IMG/VR virus record: IMGVR_UViG_3300036768_000388
Coordinates: 1 to 59,850 of that record
Direction: 5' to 3' (one strand)
From: an uncultured virus (IMG/VR IMGVR_UViG_3300036768_000388)
Lineage: Duplodnaviria > Heunggongvirae > Uroviricota > Caudoviricetes
Length of the DNA stretch: 59,850 nt
Shown here: one piece after another, positions 57,289 through 59,850 of the stretch
Position numbering within the stretch: position 1 is the stretch's first letter
How the letters are laid out: each line of letters begins with the position of its first letter
Program-made: the position numbers and the translations under genes
The notes under the pieces: generated by a model
The model's database searches: none
The model's input: the letters and a program-made list of their open reading frames with translations, nothing else
What the model was told of the DNA's origin: nothing

Positions 57289-58740
57289 TCATTTTCCAAC
57301 GTTCTCTAAGAGACAGTTGAAGCGTGGTGTGTATACGAATAATGCTCCGTACATAACAATCGCGAACTCAAGAGCCGTAGTAACGATAGCAAAGTTGATC
57401 TTAGAGAGTGGAGCTAATTGCTTGAACTTCATGCACTCAGCAGACATATCAAGTAAGAAAGCCTCACCAAGACCAGCTTGTTTACGACCAGCTAAACGGT
57501 AAATAGTATTACCTTGATTAGCAAAGTTACCAACAAACTTCTCAGAACCAACAGCACCACCAGCAGCTGACATGTACACTTTAATGTACTTAACGCCAGC
57601 AGGCATTCCAGAAACTGTCAAGTCAATGTTTTGACCAGCAGTAATAGTTGCAGCAGCAGCTTGAACTGGGATAGATTCGCCAGCATCATTAACAAGAGTA
57701 ACTTTAATTTGGTATGTACCAGCTGCTAAAGCTGATCCAGAACCTGCACCTGCAGAAGCGATAGCTAATGCACCTGGTTGTGGAGCGAGTGCGCTAACTG
57801 CAAGAGCTCTAGCACCAGCACGTGGTCTCAAGAACAAGTTTGGTTTGAAATCGATTTTACCAGCAGTTGTAGTCATGCTTGATACATCATAACCAACAGT
57901 TTGGCCAGATAAACCAGGAGCAGAGCGGAACTGAGGGTAGAATTGCTTAACGAAAGCTGATAAAGCAGCTGGCTCGATGTGCAATTCAGAAGGAGAACCG
58001 AAGTTCTCAAGAGCGATAACCGCAAGACGCTCAATATCGTCTTGAGCGATCACTTGACCACCAAGATCTTGAGCGATAGATTGAGCATCGCCGTAACCTT
58101 CGAAGTCACCAGCACGCATTAATACGTCTGTGTCACCCTTTTTAAGTTGTTTTAAGATACCAGACATTGCAATGCTGTTTGAAGGGAGAGAAGCATCTGA
58201 TCCATCGTTAGCACCGTCAAGACGGTTTAAGAAATGAGCATGTCCCCAGTACATTTCGCGCTCAACATTTTTTAAAAGGTGCATAGTACCTTCTTTAGCT
58301 TGTTGTGCAACGATGTCGCCGACAGTAGTTCTAACCAAAGTCATTTGGTGAGAAACTTTACGACGAGTTCCGAAGAACACGATCTTTTGACCGTCACGCA
58401 CGTAAGTTGAATCTTCTTCGATAGGTGCTCCACCTTCGCCGATATATGGAGCTGAATCAGATCCATAAGAGATCAAGCGATTGTATTGCTCGAAAAGATT
58501 GTAAGCTTTATCAACAGATATAGCTGGCCACATCTTCAAGTTCTTCATGTCAAAAGTAACACTTTTTAATGTTGCTTCTAACGACTCAGCTTGAAGGACA
58601 CCACCATAAGTAAGGTCCGTTGGTTTTCCTGCACCGCCGTACCCAGCAGTGATGGCTTTATTTAAGTTCTCAACGTCAGTTTGTGACACGAGACCTTGAT
58701 CTAGCCCCTGTAGAATTTGATTAACTGCATCAGTCATCAT
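57289..58740 (-). CDS. major capsid protein, A511/K/SPO1-like, with an Ig-like insertion
   Basis: NK-AITAGYG leader, GG.L..ESL...L...T, EGG....DS.Y.R, QLAPL.K, YGAL...P; RBS spacing favours ATG 58740. Confidence 0.88.
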   Translation of the reverse strand: MMTDAVNQILQGLDQGLVSQTDVENLNKAITAGYGGAGKPTDLTYGGVLQAESLEATLKSVTFDMKNLKMWPAISVDKAYNLFEQYNRLISYGSDSAPYIGEGGAPIEEDSTYVRDGQKIVFFGTRRKVSHQMTLVRTTVGDIVAQQAKEGTMHLLKNVEREMYWGHAHFLNRLDGANDGSDASLPSNSIAMSGILKQLKKGDTDVLMRAGDFEGYGDAQSIAQDLGGQVIAQDDIERLAVIALENFGSPSELHIEPAALSAFVKQFYPQFRSAPGLSGQTVGYDVSSMTTTAGKIDFKPNLFLRPRAGARALAVSALAPQPGALAIASAGAGSGSALAAGTYQIKVTLVNDAGESIPVQAAAATITAGQNIDLTVSGMPAGVKYIKVYMSAAGGAVGSEKFVGNFANQGNTIYRLAGRKQAGLGEAFLLDMSAECMKFKQLAPLSKINFAIVTTALEFAIVMYGALFVYTPRFNCLLENVGK

Positions 58741-58759
58741 TTTTCGCATTCTCCTTTGA

Positions 58760-59461
58760 TTACGAAATCTCGTATTTTTTAATAATTTGTTCTAAGTTTT
58801 GGCCCATTTCAGCTTTGATAACATCATCAGAGCTTACTTTAATACCAGACTTTTTAAGTTCAATCAACTTGTTTGCAACTTGTGCTTTAGAAAGAGGCTC
58901 AGCAGCACCTTCATCAGCTGATTTAAACAGCGGAGCAGTTCTTGCAGAAATTCCCTTAGGAGCTACAGGTTGATCTGCAATCTTATTGACTAAGTCAAGG
59001 ATTGTAGATAATTTATCTTCCAGAGGTCTAACACGTTCTTCAACGTAAGACTTCATTAAAGACTCTGATTCATCATAAGATTTTTTAAGTTCAGCCTTGT
59101 GCATATCAAGAAGTTTTTGTGCAATCTTCTTTTCTTTTTCTTCATGCTCAGGGTCATCTTTATGAGGCTCATCTTCGTCCTCATCTTTTTTATCTTCTTT
59201 TTTATCCATGCAGTCAGCTTTAGTGGCTTCATTTTTGCCCTTTTTAGCTTCGTCCATGTCTTCTTTTTCGTCTTCGTCTTTTTCGTCGTCTGCTTTTTTA
59301 GCATGAAGATCACCATCAGAAGGTTTTCCGTCGATACCATCGCCCGGACCTTCGATCTTAATCTCAGTAGCAGCAAAACGAGACTTACGTAACTCGTCCA
59401 ATTCTTGAAGAGTTTCGTCGATTAAATCTGTTAAGCTTTTAGTTAGTTTTGCGTCCATCAT
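58760..59461 (-). CDS. scaffold protein
   Basis: charged coiled coil directly upstream of MCP, with at least six LxK[SA] sites. Confidence 0.7.
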   Translation of the reverse strand: MMDAKLTKSLTDLIDETLQELDELRKSRFAATEIKIEGPGDGIDGKPSDGDLHAKKADDEKDEDEKEDMDEAKKGKNEATKADCMDKKEDKKDEDEDEPHKDDPEHEEKEKKIAQKLLDMHKAELKKSYDESESLMKSYVEERVRPLEDKLSTILDLVNKIADQPVAPKGISARTAPLFKSADEGAAEPLSKAQVANKLIELKKSGIKVSSDDVIKAEMGQNLEQIIKKYEIS

Positions 59462-59483
59462 TTTCTCCTTAGTTTAGACGATA

Positions 59484-59850
59484 TTACTCGCCCATTCCAA
59501 TAAGATCACTATGACCACGCACTACAGCTGTAAAAGATGCATCGCTATTTTCAAGTGCGATATCGTTCGCCATAGATGCACACATTGCCAAAACTTTCGC
59601 AGCAACAACTGAATCCAAAACATCCGCAATAGTGCCAGCAGTGTTAACAGCAGACTTAATGCGAATTTTTCCAGGGTTGCCTACTCCAATTCCTAAGAAT
59701 GGAGAAACTGAACTATCAACACCGCCAACAACCGCAGGGCTGAAAGAAGCATCAACGTATCCAATAGTTAGATCGTTAGATCCGTTTTCAATAACGACAG
59801 CTGTTTGACTTTGTGAATTCACAGTCAATCCAAGCATCTTCGCATTGCGA
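59484..59850 (-). CDS. head-module protein, 5' end outside the window
   Basis: frame is open to the window edge. Confidence 0.6.
   Translation of the reverse strand, partial: RNAKMLGLTVNSQSQTAVVIENGSNDLTIGYVDASFSPAVVGGVDSSVSPFLGIGVGNPGKIRIKSAVNTAGTIADVLDSVVAAKVLAMCASMANDIALENSDASFTAVVRGHSDLIGMGE

Noticed and set aside
1-59850. Stop-codon reassignment as the cause of broken genes
   Set aside because: TAA, TAG and TGA all end clear genes, and the broken genes need TAA read-through plus frameshifts.

Overview
This window is part of a large, AT-rich tailed phage genome, probably a jumbo myovirus; its major capsid protein resembles the A511/K/SPO1 (Herelleviridae-like) type. Bases 1-36.3 kb are mostly + strand DNA-metabolism and host-takeover genes: RNase HI, nrdAB, ThyX, DNA ligase, exonuclease, two ClpP paralogs, S8 and trypsin proteases, aminotransferase, AAA ATPase, MoxR/vWA pair, phosphatase, macrodomain, peptide deformylase, a gp42-like ThyA-fold enzyme, dCMP deaminase and a UDG-like protein. 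Bases 36.3-59.85 kb are a - strand virion/lysis module: holin-like genes, fibre cluster, head-tail connector, putative internal head proteins, tmk, MCP and scaffold. Main signals: (1) a candidate sigma-28 takeover system, made of a FlgM-like anti-sigma, a head-module protein with a FliA-like region 2 but no region 4, a second region-2-only sigma and a SutA-like protein, alongside promoters with only a -10 box; (2) a GIY-YIG and an HNH homing-type endonuclease fused to the same P-loop kinase domain at opposite ends; (3) a shared [LM]xK-[SA] capsid-maturation motif marking probable packaged proteins; (4) unusually widespread decay of accessory genes and tRNAs, plus several structured intergenic RNA candidates. 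All calls come from reading motifs by eye; no searches were run.
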